Shown: positions 31,245 to 43,300 of the stretch, one piece after another
Layout: every line of letters begins with the position of its first letter
How positions within the stretch are numbered: the stretch's first letter is position 1
NCBI GenBank assembly: GCA_963831015.1
Contig: CAWHOM010000003.1
Span: forward strand, 201,704 to 265,703
Direction of reading: 5' to 3'
DNA length: 64,000 bases
From: an uncultured Solirubrobacteraceae bacterium
GTDB taxonomy: Bacteria; Actinomycetota; Thermoleophilia; Solirubrobacterales; Solirubrobacteraceae
Program-made: the position numbers and the translations under genes
The notes under the pieces: generated by a model
Seen by the model: the letters and a program-made list of their open reading frames with translations, nothing else
Databases searched by the model: none
What the model was told of the DNA's origin: nothing

Positions 31245-33248
31245 TCAGCCTGCGGCGACCGCCTGGCCGAGCTCGCGCTTGAGGTCGCGGATCTCGTCGC
31301 GAAGCTTGGCGGCGTACTCGAAGCGCAACTCCTCGGCGGCGGCCAGCATCTCCTCCTCCAGCTCGACGATCGTGCGCTCGATGTCGGCCGGAGCCATCGA
31401 CCCGGCGGCCCGCTGGCGACGGCGGCGGGACTTGGGGACCTTGGAGTCCGACATCAGGAACTCCGCGATGTCGGAGATGCCCTTGACGATCGTCTCGGGT
31501 GTGATCCCGTGCTCCTCGTTGTAGGCCCTCTGGATCGTGCGGCGTCGGTCGGTCTCCTCGATCGCGGCGGTCATCGCCGCGGTGTGCTTGTCGGCGTACA
31601 TCAGCACCTTGCCGTCGACGTTGCGGGCAGCGCGGCCGATTGTCTGGATCAGCGAGGTCGCGCCCCGCAGGAACCCCTCTTTGTCGGCGTCCAGAATGCC
31701 GACCAGCGAGACCTCGGGAAGGTCAAGGCCCTCGCGCAGCAGGTTGACGCCGACCAGCACGTCGTACTCGCCGAGGCGAAGCTCCCGGATGATCTGGATC
31801 CGCTCCAGGGTGTCGATCTCGGAGTGCAGATAGCGGACCTTGAAGCCCATCTCCAGCAGGTAATCGGTCAGATCCTCGGACATCTTCTTGGTCAAGGTGG
31901 TGACCAATGTGCGCTCGTTGCGGTCGGCGCGGCCGCGGATCTCGTTCATCAGGTCGTCGATCTGGTTGCGCGTCTCCCGGACCTCGATCTCGGGGTCGAT
32001 GATCCCCGTCGGACGGACGATCTGCTCCACGATCCGTGCCGAATGGGTGCGCTCATACTCGCCGGGCGTGGCCGAGACGAACACCATCTGGGGCGTGATC
32101 GAGAGAAATTCCTGGAACGTCTGCGGGCGGTTGTCCAGCGCGCTGGGCAGGCGGAAGCCGTAGTCCACGAGCGTCTGCTTGCGCGAGCGGTCGCCCTCAT
32201 GCATGCCGCCGATCTGCGGAACGGTCTGGTGAGACTCGTCGATGAAGCAGACGAAGTCATTGGGGAAGTAGTCCAGCAGGCAGTACGGGCGATCGCCGGG
32301 GTTGCGGCCGTCAAGGATCCGCGAGTAGTTCTCGATCCCACTGCAGAAGCCCAGCTCGCGCAGCATCTCCATGTCGTACTGGGTGCGCTGGCGCAGGCGG
32401 TGGGACTCCAGCAGCTTGCCCTGCTGCTCGAGCTCGGCGCAGCGCGCGTTGAGCTCCGAGCCGATCTCGGCGACCGCGTCCTCGATCATTCCCTCGCGCA
32501 CGTTGTAGTGCGAGGCCGGCCAGATCGCCACGTGCTCAAGATCGTCTTCGATCAGCTCTCCGGTCACCGGGTCGAAGTGCTGCAGGTGCTCCACCTCGTC
32601 ACCGAAGAGGACGATCCGATAGGCCGTCTCGGCGTACGCCGGGAAGATCTCGAGCGTCTCGCCCCGCACCCGGAAGGTTCCGCGAGCCAGCGCTGTGTCG
32701 TTGCGCGTGTACTGGATCGAGACCAGCTTGCGCAGCAGCTTGTCGCGATCGATCATCTCGCCCTTGTTGAGCGTCTGGAGGTTCTCGTCGTAGGTCGCGG
32801 GCGATCCCAGTCCGAAGATGCACGACACGCTGGCCACGATCACCACGTCGCGCCGCGCGAACAGCCCCGCGGTGGCCGCATGACGCAGGCGGTCGATCTC
32901 CTGGTTGATCGCCGAGTCCTTCTCGATGTAGAGGTCCTTGGATGGGACGTAGGCCTCGGGCTGGTAGTAGTCGTAGTAGGAGACGAAGTACTCCACCGCG
33001 TTGGACGGGAAGTAGGTCCGAAACTCGTTGCACAGCTGGGCGGCCAGCGTCTTGTTGTGGGCGATCACCAACGAAGGGCGCTGGACCGCCTGGATCGTGG
33101 CGGCCATCGTCATCGTCTTGCCCGTCCCCGTGGCTCCCAGGAGCGTCTGAGCGCGCTCCCCGGCCTCGATGCCCTGAGCGAGCGACTCGACCGCCTGGGG
33201 CTGGTCGGCTGTGGGAACGAAGGCGCTATCGAGCTCGAACTTGGGCAC
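31245..33248 (-). CDS. uvrB: Excinuclease ABC subunit B
   Basis: [22 protein letters not shown] and QTIGRAARN motifs; C-terminal UVR domain. Confidence 0.97.
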   Translation of the reverse strand: MPKFELDSAFVPTADQPQAVESLAQGIEAGERAQTLLGATGTGKTMTMAATIQAVQRPSLVIAHNKTLAAQLCNEFRTYFPSNAVEYFVSYYDYYQPEAYVPSKDLYIEKDSAINQEIDRLRHAATAGLFARRDVVIVASVSCIFGLGSPATYDENLQTLNKGEMIDRDKLLRKLVSIQYTRNDTALARGTFRVRGETLEIFPAYAETAYRIVLFGDEVEHLQHFDPVTGELIEDDLEHVAIWPASHYNVREGMIEDAVAEIGSELNARCAELEQQGKLLESHRLRQRTQYDMEMLRELGFCSGIENYSRILDGRNPGDRPYCLLDYFPNDFVCFIDESHQTVPQIGGMHEGDRSRKQTLVDYGFRLPSALDNRPQTFQEFLSITPQMVFVSATPGEYERTHSARIVEQIVRPTGIIDPEIEVRETRNQIDDLMNEIRGRADRNERTLVTTLTKKMSEDLTDYLLEMGFKVRYLHSEIDTLERIQIIRELRLGEYDVLVGVNLLREGLDLPEVSLVGILDADKEGFLRGATSLIQTIGRAARNVDGKVLMYADKHTAAMTAAIEETDRRRTIQRAYNEEHGITPETIVKGISDIAEFLMSDSKVPKSRRRRQRAAGSMAPADIERTIVELEEEMLAAAEELRFEYAAKLRDEIRDLKRELGQAVAAG

Positions 33249-33308
33249 TGACTATCTCAGCTTAGTCCGCGGGGCGGGCGAGCCCGCGCCGCGGCCAGGG
33301 CCGGAGCG

Positions 33309-33968
33309 CTAGTCGTAACCGAGCTGGACCGCGTACTTGTGGCGGTAGTCCGCGCGCGCCTGCAGCACGCGACGCACATAGGCGCGCGTCTCGGGAAACG
33401 GGATCGCCTCGATGCTCAGCCGGCCGCCGGGGGAACGAGCCATCCAGCGATCGACGTTCGCCTCACCGCCGTTGTAGGCGGCCAGCGCGAGCACCCTGGA
33501 GCCGTGGTACTCGTCCAGCAGATAGCGCAGGTAGTAGCTGCCGTAGGCGATATTCACCTGAGGCTTGGACAGGTCCGCGGTGGTGAACGTGGTCGCGCCC
33601 GAGCGGTGGGCCAGGAACTGCGCCGTCTGGGGGAGGATCTGCATCGGCCCGACCGCTCCCGCCGATGAGGTCCGGGGGTCGAACTTGGTCTCGGCGTAGA
33701 TCACCGCCGCCACGAGCGCCGGATCCAGTCGCTTCTGCGTCGCCTGCTCGCGGATAACGCCCTGATAGCGCAACGGCAGCCCCAGTTCGTTGACCGCCTG
33801 CTTGGCGATCGGCATCGCCAAGAGGACGCCCAGCACCGCCAGCCCGGCGAGCACCAGAGCCACCGCGCCGCGTCGGCGGCGGGCGGTGGCGCGACGGCGC
33901 GCGGTCGAGCGGCCGGCCTGTCGCTCCCGGGACGCCCTGCGGGCGGGCGTGGCGGTCGAGGGACTCAC
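33309..33968 (-). CDS. Lytic transglycosylase (SLT domain)
   Basis: N-terminal TM, VIYAETKF, GAVGPMQI, LAAYNGG and ETRAYV motifs. Confidence 0.9.
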   Translation of the reverse strand: MSPSTATPARRASRERQAGRSTARRRATARRRRGAVALVLAGLAVLGVLLAMPIAKQAVNELGLPLRYQGVIREQATQKRLDPALVAAVIYAETKFDPRTSSAGAVGPMQILPQTAQFLAHRSGATTFTTADLSKPQVNIAYGSYYLRYLLDEYHGSRVLALAAYNGGEANVDRWMARSPGGRLSIEAIPFPETRAYVRRVLQARADYRHKYAVQLGYD

Positions 33969-34576
33969 CGCTGCAGTGTGTCAAGGATGGCCGACAACTT
34001 TGCCGCGAGCTCTTTCTCGGTCCCGTCGTTGACGACGGTGTACGTCGCTCGCTGCGACTTTTCCTCCTGGGTCAGCTGGCGGGCGGTGCGCTCGTCCAGC
34101 GCCTGATGGCCGCGGCCGGACGCCCGCTCGTGCCGGACCTCCTCATCGGCGATCACCGCGATCGTGGCGTCGTAGCCGCGGTCGAGCCCGGACTCGAACA
34201 GCAGAGGCACCTCGACCACCAGCGCCCGCGGAGGCGGATCGGCGCGCTCCTGCTCCTGACGCCAGGCCATCATCCGGGCGCCGACGCGCGGCCAAAGCAG
34301 CTCCTCCAGCCATTGCCGGTCCTCGTCGGTGGCGAACGCCTTGGCAGCCAGGGCGCCGCGATCGATCTCGGACGGGCGAGCGGAGTCGATTACCCCCGAG
34401 CCGAAGCGACTGACGACCGCGTCGCGCACGTCGGACGACTCGTAGAGCTCGTGCACCACCTGATCGGTCGATAGGCACGCTGCGCCAAGCCGTTCCAGCG
34501 CGGCCAGAGCCGTCGACTTGCCGGCGCCGATGCCGCCCGTCAGCCCTATGAAGGGCGGGATCCCGGGCGTCGTCAG
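33965..34576 (-). CDS. coaE: Dephospho-CoA kinase
   Basis: The frame extends upstream of the track ORF to include IGLTGGIGAGKST. IDRGALA and EVPLLFE motifs. Candidate CTG start at 34576 overlaps the rpsA TGA. Confidence 0.9.
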   Translation of the reverse strand: MTTPGIPPFIGLTGGIGAGKSTALAALERLGAACLSTDQVVHELYESSDVRDAVVSRFGSGVIDSARPSEIDRGALAAKAFATDEDRQWLEELLWPRVGARMMAWRQEQERADPPPRALVVEVPLLFESGLDRGYDATIAVIADEEVRHERASGRGHQALDERTARQLTQEEKSQRATYTVVNDGTEKELAAKLSAILDTLQR

Positions 34577-36215
34577 GCGGGCGGTGCGTCCGACTGCGGC
34601 TGCTCGACGTCGGCGGAGGCCCCGTTGGAGGGCTCGGGCGCGGCGGCGGCCTCGGGCTCGGAGGTCTCAGCCGCGGCCTCGGGCTCGGAGGTCTCGGAGG
34701 GCTCGGGCGCGGCGGCCTCGGGCTCGGTGACCTCGGGCTCGGGCGCGGCGGCCTCGGGCTCGGTGACCTCGGGCTCGGGCGCGGCGGGCTCGGGCTCGGC
34801 GACCTCAGGCTCGGGCTCGGTGACCTCAGGCACAGCAGCAGCAGCAGCCTCGGGCTCGGGCTCGGGCTCGGCTCAGACGGCTCGGGCGCGGCGACGGGCT
34901 CAAGCCCGGTAGCGGCCTCGGGCTCATAGGGCTCGGGCGCAGCGACGTCCTCGGGCGCGGCAGCCTCGGGCGCGGGCTCCGAGGAGAACACGTCCTCGGA
35001 CAGCCCGAGCTCGGGCACGTCATCCAGCGCTCCGACATCGCCCTCGGCGGGAGGCTCGATCGGCCGGACCGGCAGGACCTGGCCCTCGACACGCTTGATC
35101 GACAGCGATAGCCGCCGGCGCTCGGAGTCGATCTCCAGGATCTTGACTCGCACGGGATCGCCGGGCTGGATGATCTCGCGCGGATTGTCGACGTGATGCT
35201 GAGCCAGCTCTGAGATGTGCACCAGGCCCTCGACGCCGTCGAGGATCTCGACGAACGCGCCGAACGTGACCACCTTGGTGACGGTGCCCTCGAGCTCGTC
35301 GCCGATGTTGTAGGTGTCCACCACCCGCTGCCACGGGTCCTCCTGGGTCTGCTTGAGACCCAGCGAGATGCGCTGGCGCTGGCGGTCGATGTCCAGCACC
35401 TTGACGCTCACCGTGTCGCCGATGTTGAGGATCTCGCTCGGGTGGTTCACATGCGACCAAGACAGCTCCGAGATGTGGATCAGGCCGTCGATGCCGTCCA
35501 GGTCAACGAAAGCGCCGAAGTCGACGATGTTGGAGATCGTGCCCTCCACGACCTGGCCGGGCTGCAGGCGGTCGAGGATCCGCTCGCGGTCCTCCTTGCG
35601 CTGCTCCTCGAGCACGGCGCGCCGCGACAGCACAACGTTGTTGCGGCTGCGGTTGAGCTCGATCACCTTGCATTCGATCGACGTGCCCATGTACTCGTCG
35701 AGATTCGGCACGCGGCGGATGTCGACCAGGGACGCGGGCAGGAAGCCGCGCACGCCCAAGTCGATGATCAGACCGCCCTTGACGACCTCGATCACCGCGC
35801 CCTCGACCGGCTCCCCCGACTCGGCCGCCGCCTCGATGCGCCGCCACGCCTTCTCGAAGCGGGCGCGCTTCTTGGACAGGATCAGCCGACCGTCCTGGTC
35901 CTCCTTGGTGAGAACGAGGGCGTCGACCTCCTCGCCCAGCGCGACTTCATCGCCGGGGTCGACCGACTTGCGGATCGACAGCTCGTTGGCGGGGATGACC
36001 CCCTCCGACTTGTAGCCGATGTCGACCAGGACTTCGTCGTTGTCAATCCGGACGACGTGGCCGGTTACGACGTCGCCCTCCTGGAAGGGATGCAGCGTTG
36101 CGTCGTAGTTGGGGACGATTCGACCGTCGATCTCCAGCAGGAGACCGTCGGAGCCTTCGACGATCTTTGCGTTGGGGAGATCTGCGGGTGGCGTCAAGGT
36201 TGAGGTTGAAGACAT
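34573..36215 (-). CDS. rpsA: 30S ribosomal protein S1 with a long acidic Glu/Pro/Ala tail (one apparent frameshift at ~34871)
   Basis: Four S1 repeats (DIGYKSEG, GFLPAS, DGLIHISELSW, EGLVHISELA). Restoring one C continues the EPE repeats to TGA 34573. Confidence 0.95.
34630..34880 (-). repeat. Imperfect coding tandem repeat (units such as PEPEVTEPEAAA) in the rpsA tail
   Basis: Repeated CTCGGGCTCGG / GGCGCGGCGGCCTCGGGCTCGGTGACCTC units, ~36 nt period. Confidence 0.8.
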
Positions 36216-36275
36216 GAGTTATCGGAGGATAGCCGGATGTGGGCCGCGATGGACGGCCCTATCATCAGCCGCCGC

Positions 36276-37416
36276 ATGCCCACTCGCGCGACGAAACGCG
36301 GCCCCGACCGCGCTCCGCTGGACCGCGACTGCGACGTCCTGATCTGCGGAGCGAGCTTCGCGGGCCTGGCGATTGCGCGGGAGCTGGCGGGAAGCGGCGC
36401 CGACGTAATGGTCGTCGATCGCTACGAGATCGGCGAGCGCCAGACCTCGGCCTGCGGAATCCCGACGGCCTGGCTGACGGCCCTGGACCTGCAGGAGTCG
36501 ATGCGGCAGACGTTCGGCGAGCTGGTGCTGCACACCCCCCACACCACGGTGCGCTACGACCTGCCGTGGACGTTCTCCACCTTTGACTACCGCACCCTGT
36601 GTGACCTGCTCGCCGCCCAGGGCTCGTTCACGTTCGAGACCGCCAAGGTGCAGCGGCGCGAGGGCGACGCCGTGCTCACCGACCGTGGCCCGATCCGGGC
36701 GCCGCTGGTCGTGGATTCGCTCGGCTGGCGACGAGTGCTCGGCCTCGGCGCCAACGTCCAGCCGCCCGAGGCGCTGCTCTCGCGCGGGCTGGAGGTTCAT
36801 CCGTTCGGCGGCGGCCGGGACCTGGAGATATGGATCGACCGCTCCTATGTACCCGCCGGGTACGGCTGGAGCTTCCCCGCCGGCGACGAGCTGCGGATCG
36901 GCGTCGGCTCGTTCGACCCCCGCTTCCACGTGCGCGAGCCGACCGTTCGGCTGGCGGAGGACCTCCGCGCGGACACGGTGCGCTACCAGGGCAACTGGAT
37001 TCCCCATGCGCTGCGCCCGGCGACCGAGGACGGCGTGTTCTTCGTCGGCGACTCGGCCGGCCACTGCCTGCCGCTGACCGCCGAGGGGATTCGCACCGCC
37101 CTGTACTTCGGCCTGGCCTGCGGGCGCGAGCTGCGGCGCGTGGTCGACGGCGAGCAGAGCCGCGCCGAGGCGCTGGCCCGCTATCACCACTTCTCGGCTG
37201 GTCACGCCAGGCCGTTTGCCTGGATGTTGCACGTGCAGCGACTGGTGCCCCGGATCGCCCCCCGGCTGCTGGCCCCGGCGCTGCAGGGCATGGGCGCCAA
37301 GCGGTTCGTCGACTGGTCATTCGGCCACTACCTGAACATCGCCCATCCGCGACTTCGCGCTCGCGGGGACGCGCATCCCGCGTGCCGCCGGTGGCGCCGC
37401 GCTGGCAGCGGCGTAG
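36276..37416 (+). CDS. FAD-dependent oxidoreductase, geranylgeranyl reductase-like (apparent frameshift at ~37350)
   Basis: DVLICGASFAG, GYGWSFP, and VGDSAG..LPLTAEGIR motifs. The shifted frame gives DFALAG...AAA* at 37416. Confidence 0.8.
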
Positions 37417-37456
37417 GATCAGCCGCCTTCCAGCCCCTACACCAGGAGGACTTGCC

Positions 37457-37945
37457 ATGCCGAGCCTTGTGATCGGCCGCCGGCGGGTGTGCGCGATGGC
37501 CGCCACGACCGCGCTGACGGCAGCGGCGTTGACGAGCGCCGCGCCGAGCGTCGCCCGCAGCGCGCATCCAGCCGCCACGCCCGTCATCACGGTGGTCGAG
37601 CACGCCATCACCGACACGGAGATCCCGACGGGCGGGGGCAAGGATGTGAAGGGCAACATCCTGACCTTCAACAACCCGGTCTACAACGCCGCCGACAAGG
37701 TCAAGGTCGGACACGACGAGGGCTTCTGCACCCGTCTGGCTCCCAAGCAGGGGATCTGGGAGTGCCTGTGGACGACATTCCTCAAGGGCGGACAGATCAC
37801 CGTCCAGGGTCCGTTCTACGACACCCGCAACAGCGTGCTCGCGATCACCGGTGGGACGGGCGCCTATCGCGACCAACGCGGTCAGATGCAGCTGAAGTCG
37901 CTCGATGGCGGCAAGAAGTACGACTTCATCTTCCAGCTGATCTAG
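37457..37945 (+). CDS. Secreted allene oxide cyclase / dirigent-like beta-barrel protein
   Basis: SD AGGAGGA and a signal peptide. GNILTFNNPVY, G.C.R...WEC.WT..L..GQITVQG and AITGGTGAY motifs. Confidence 0.78.
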   Translation: MPSLVIGRRRVCAMAATTALTAAALTSAAPSVARSAHPAATPVITVVEHAITDTEIPTGGGKDVKGNILTFNNPVYNAADKVKVGHDEGFCTRLAPKQGIWECLWTTFLKGGQITVQGPFYDTRNSVLAITGGTGAYRDQRGQMQLKSLDGGKKYDFIFQLI

Positions 37946-37956
37946 AGGATCTGGCA

Positions 37957-37991
37957 CCCGGCTCCGCGCGGGCGCGGCGCGGAGCGCCGGG
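37957..37991. terminator. GC-rich hairpin between convergent genes
   Basis: CCCGG-CTCCGCG...CGCGGAG-CG-CCGGG; no U-tract. Confidence 0.35.
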
Positions 37992-37993
37992 GA

Positions 37994-40582
37994 CTACTTG
38001 GCCGACAGCCAGTCGGACCCGACGCCGGCCTCCACGGCCAGCGGCGGGTCCAGCTCGTAGGCGGCCGCCATCTCGCGCACAGCGATCTCCTTGACCTGCT
38101 CGGCCTCTCCGGCGGGCCCCTCGAACAGCAGCTCGTCGTGGATCTGCAGCACCAGCTTGGACTGCAGTCGGGCTTGCGCGAACGCCCCGTCGCAACGCAC
38201 CATGGCCACCTTCATGATGTCGGCGGCGGTGCCCTGGATGACCATGTTCACCGCGAAGCGCTCGCCCTGCTTGCGCAGGTCCCAGCGCCGGGCTCGCAGC
38301 TCGGGCACCTGTCGGCGGCGGCCGAACAGCGTCGAGACGTAGCCGTGCTCGGTCCCCTGCTCGATCGTCTCCTCGATGAACCGGCCGACGGCAGGGAAAC
38401 CGGCGAGATAGCGCTGGATGAACTCGTCGGCCTCCTCCTGGGGGATGTCCAGGCGATCGGCCATTCCGTAGGCCGACAGGCCGTAGACGATCCCGTAGTT
38501 GATCATCTTGGCCTTGGAGCGCATCCCCGGGTCGATCTGGTCCGGCTGCACGCTGAAGACCCGGCAGGCCGTCGCGGTATGGACATCCTCGCCGCGGCGG
38601 AAGATCTCCTTGAGCACGTCCTCGCCGGCGATGTGGGCCAGCAGCCGCAGCTCGACCTGCGAGTAGTCGGCCGAGACCAGCAGGTTCCCGGACTCGGCCA
38701 CGAAGCAGGCGCGGATCTCGCGCCCGAGCTCCGTACGGATCGGGATGTTCTGGAGGTTGGGGTTGTTGGACGACAGCCGGCCGGTGGTGGCGGCCGTCTG
38801 GTTGAACGTCGTGTGCAGGCGGCTGTTGGAGTCCACGAGCAGCGGCAGGGCGTCGAGATAGGTCTGGGCGAGCTTGGTCAGCTCCCGCCAGCGCTCGATC
38901 TTGGGGATGATCTCGTGCTCTGAGCGGATCGCCTGCAGGACGCGGGCGTCGGTGGAGTAGCCGGTCTTGCCGCGCCGCTTGCGCGACAAGCCGAGCTTGC
39001 CGAACAGCACCTCCTCCAGCTGTCGCGGCGAGCCGAGGGTGAACTCCTCCCCCGCGAGCTCGAAGATCTCACGCTCCAGGGAGTCGGCCTCGGCCTTGAC
39101 GCGCTCGGAGATCTCGTGCAGGCGCGCGGTCTGGAGCTTGACGCCCGCCTGCTCCATCTCGCGCAGGATCCGCACGATCGGCAGCTCCACCTCCATCAGC
39201 AGGTCGGTGAGTCCTCGGCCGCGGACCTCCTCGCGCTGCCAGGCGGCCAGCGCCTGCGTCAGACGCGCGTCGGCGCCGGCGCCGTCGGGCACGTCGGTGG
39301 CCAGGCCGCGCTCCTCCACCAGCTCGCGAAAGGGATAGGCGCGGCGGGCGGGCTCCAGGAGGTAGGCCGCGACTTCGGTGTCGTGCGCGAGGATCGACGG
39401 CACGTCCCCCAGCGACTTGGCGTCGTGGGCGACGACCGGACGCTCGCCGAGGACGGCCACGAGATCCTCGGGCCGGTCGCACTCACCGGAGATCACCTCC
39501 CCGGTGGACTCGGCATAGACCCCGAACCGCCATCGCTGGTTCTCTCCGAACAGCGCATCCTCCGGCGTGTCTGGAGTGCGCACGGCCACCGCCACCTCGG
39601 CATCGGCCGGGATCCGCTCCACGTCGGACAGGCTGCCCTCGCGAATGCTCCCGGCGCCCAGCGCACGCTCGGCCACGGGTGCGGGCGCGGCGGCATCGGC
39701 CGATCCCAGCGCCTCCTCCAGCCGGCGCAGCGGGTCGCGCAGCTCGAACTCGCGGAACACCTCGCGCAGGCGAGAGCGATCGGGAGCCTCGGACACGAAC
39801 GCGGCTACGTCGAGGCCGTCCAGGGGAATGTCGCGCTTGGCGGTCGCGAGATGCTTGGAGACGCGCGCGTCATCGGCGTGATTGACGAGATTTTGCTTGC
39901 GCTTGGCCCCGGAGATCTCGTCGATGCTGTCGAGCACCTGCTCCAGCGAGCCGAAACGCTGAAGCAGGTCGGCGGCCGTCTTGTCGCCGATCCCGGGAAC
40001 GCCGGGAATGTTGTCCGACGTGTCCCCCTTGAGCCCGATGAAGTCGGGCACCAGCTCGGGCGGGATCCCGTAGCGGTCGATCACGCCCTGGCGGTCATAC
40101 ACGCGCGTGTCGGTGATCCCCCGCGACGTGGTCATGATCGAGACCTGATCGTCGACCAGCTGGTAGGCGTCGCGGTCGCCGGTGACGACCATGACCTCGA
40201 TCGGAGGGTCCTGGGCCTTGGCCTGCTCGGCGATTGAGGCGATCACGTCGTCGGCCTCGTAGCCGTCGACCTTCAGATTGCGGTACCCGAAGGCATCGAC
40301 CAGCGGCTCCAGGTGCGGCCACTGCTCGCGCAGCAGGTCGGGACGGCTGGAGCGCTGAGCCTTGTACTCGGAGTAGACCTCCTTGCGCCCACTCGAGCCG
40401 GCGTCCCAGACCACCACGGTCGCCTTCGGACCGTAGTCGGTGAGGATCTTCACCAGCATCGAGGCGAATCCGAAGATCGCGTTGGTGGGGACGCCCGTCG
40501 ACGTCGCGATCGACTCCGGGAGGGCGAAGAACGCGCGGTAGGCGAGGCTGTTGCCATCGATCAGGAAGAGCTCGTCGGCCAT
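37994..40582 (-). CDS. polA: DNA polymerase I
   Basis: LIDGNSLAYRAFFA, EADD, GDTSDNIPGVPGIG, TGRLSS, ADYSQVELR and QIHDEL motifs. Confidence 0.97.
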   Translation of the reverse strand: MADELFLIDGNSLAYRAFFALPESIATSTGVPTNAIFGFASMLVKILTDYGPKATVVVWDAGSSGRKEVYSEYKAQRSSRPDLLREQWPHLEPLVDAFGYRNLKVDGYEADDVIASIAEQAKAQDPPIEVMVVTGDRDAYQLVDDQVSIMTTSRGITDTRVYDRQGVIDRYGIPPELVPDFIGLKGDTSDNIPGVPGIGDKTAADLLQRFGSLEQVLDSIDEISGAKRKQNLVNHADDARVSKHLATAKRDIPLDGLDVAAFVSEAPDRSRLREVFREFELRDPLRRLEEALGSADAAAPAPVAERALGAGSIREGSLSDVERIPADAEVAVAVRTPDTPEDALFGENQRWRFGVYAESTGEVISGECDRPEDLVAVLGERPVVAHDAKSLGDVPSILAHDTEVAAYLLEPARRAYPFRELVEERGLATDVPDGAGADARLTQALAAWQREEVRGRGLTDLLMEVELPIVRILREMEQAGVKLQTARLHEISERVKAEADSLEREIFELAGEEFTLGSPRQLEEVLFGKLGLSRKRRGKTGYSTDARVLQAIRSEHEIIPKIERWRELTKLAQTYLDALPLLVDSNSRLHTTFNQTAATTGRLSSNNPNLQNIPIRTELGREIRACFVAESGNLLVSADYSQVELRLLAHIAGEDVLKEIFRRGEDVHTATACRVFSVQPDQIDPGMRSKAKMINYGIVYGLSAYGMADRLDIPQEEADEFIQRYLAGFPAVGRFIEETIEQGTEHGYVSTLFGRRRQVPELRARRWDLRKQGERFAVNMVIQGTAADIMKVAMVRCDGAFAQARLQSKLVLQIHDELLFEGPAGEAEQVKEIAVREMAAAYELDPPLAVEAGVGSDWLSAK

Positions 40583-40658
40583 GCTGATTGAGCCTATCTC
40601 GCGCTGCGGGTGGCTTCGCTTCAACCAAACGTCACCCAGCCCATAAGATGGCCCCGGG

Positions 40659-42128
<1,470 letters not shown>

Positions 42129-42246
42129 TTGTTTGCGGCTCTGTGCCGCTTGTGTGCCTGAAGTGAAAAAACGGCGGGCATCGAGGGGGTGAACAGGGCG
42201 TCGCGGGTGCCTCTTGCGGGCGTGGCGTCCGACAACCCGATCATTC

Positions 42247-42345
42247 CGTTGCGCGATCCACCCTCGCCGGACGAGCGCGCGAGATCGACGTCGAAAATCG
42301 ACGCGGATCTTGCGGGGCGGGTCCGGTTGATCGGATCGCGCAACG
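42247..42345. repeat. ~100-nt nested imperfect inverted repeat (long hairpin) abutting the AbiEi/DUF559 start
   Basis: CGTTGCGCGATCC/GGATCGCGCAACG (13 bp perfect), CCGGAC/GTCCGG, CGCGAGATC/GATCTTGCG and CGTCGA-AAA-TCGACG. Confidence 0.85.
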
Positions 42346-42347
42346 AC

Positions 42348-43269
42348 ATGATCGTCTCGGGGAGCCGCGACCAGCGGCTCGGCGACGATCGGCCGTATGC
42401 AGCGAGGCCGGGCGTCACGCGCCCAGCTGCACGCGATCGGACTCACCGATGGCGCGATCCAGCGCCGCCTTCGTCGCGGCTCCCTCGTGCGCGAGCACCC
42501 CTCGGTCTACCTGATCGGGCACGCCGCTCCCGTGCTCCTTGGACCCGAGACTGGCGCGCTGCTCTGGGCGCCCGAGGGCGCGGTGCTCAGCCATCACAGC
42601 GCTGCTGCGCTCTGGGAGATCGGACCCCCCGATCCCGGCGGCCACGTCCACATCCTGGTCGAGGGCGGCTGGGCGGGACACCGCAGCGGCGTAAGCATCC
42701 ACCGGACCGCTGTCCTCGATACCCGCGACAGCCGCATACGGTACGGATTGCCCGTGACGAGCCCGGCGCGCACGCTCATCGACCAGGCCGGGATCTGCAC
42801 AGAGCGTCAGCTGGAGCGCTTGTTCACCGAGGCAATCGTCCAGCACCTCGTGAGACCCGCCGACCTGGAGGACGTGATCGCTCGCGGTCGGGGCCGGACC
42901 GGCCGCCGCGTTCTGCGGGCTCTGTTGGACGCTGAGCTCGACCCCACCCTCAACCGATCCGACGGCGAGAAGCGGATGATGGCGCTGATCCGGATGGCTC
43001 AGCTGCCCGAGCCGATTCTCTACGCGAAGCTCTACGGCTTCGAGGCCGACTTCTACTGGCCGGACCACCGAGTGGTGGTTGAGGTCGACAGTTATGGCTT
43101 TCACACAACCCGCTGGGCGTACGAGCGCGACCGCCGCAAGGACGCCGTGTTGCGAGCCCATGGCCTGCCGCCGCTGCGGTTCAGCTGGCATCAGATCACC
43201 GAGCATCCGTTTGTCGTGATCGCCCAGGTCGCCGAGGCGATCGCCCGCGGTGGGGCTCCCTCCGCTTAG
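42348..43269 (+). CDS. AbiEi-type wHTH + DUF559 (Vsr-like) endonuclease domain protein (apparent frameshift at ~42381)
   Basis: QRGRASRAQL..GLT, VTSPARTLID and EADFYWPDHRVVVEVDS.GFH...RDRRKD..L...G...LRF motifs. Removing one G gives MIVSGSRDQRLATIGRMQRG. Confidence 0.82.
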
Positions 43270-43300
43270 GAAGCTGGTCGGGGCGAAGCCGGCGCTACGT

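Noticed and set aside
34573-34900. Regularly repeated CTCGGGCTCGG units as a possible CRISPR or ncRNA array
   Set aside because: There are no unique spacers, and the units encode the EPE repeats of the S1 tail. The same holds for the (EP)n run at ~30590-30650 and the ASEA repeat at ~19900-19930.
39250-39700. Degenerate 3'-5' exonuclease region in PolA
   Set aside because: Loss of proofreading motifs is normal for actinobacterial and Firmicute Pol I.
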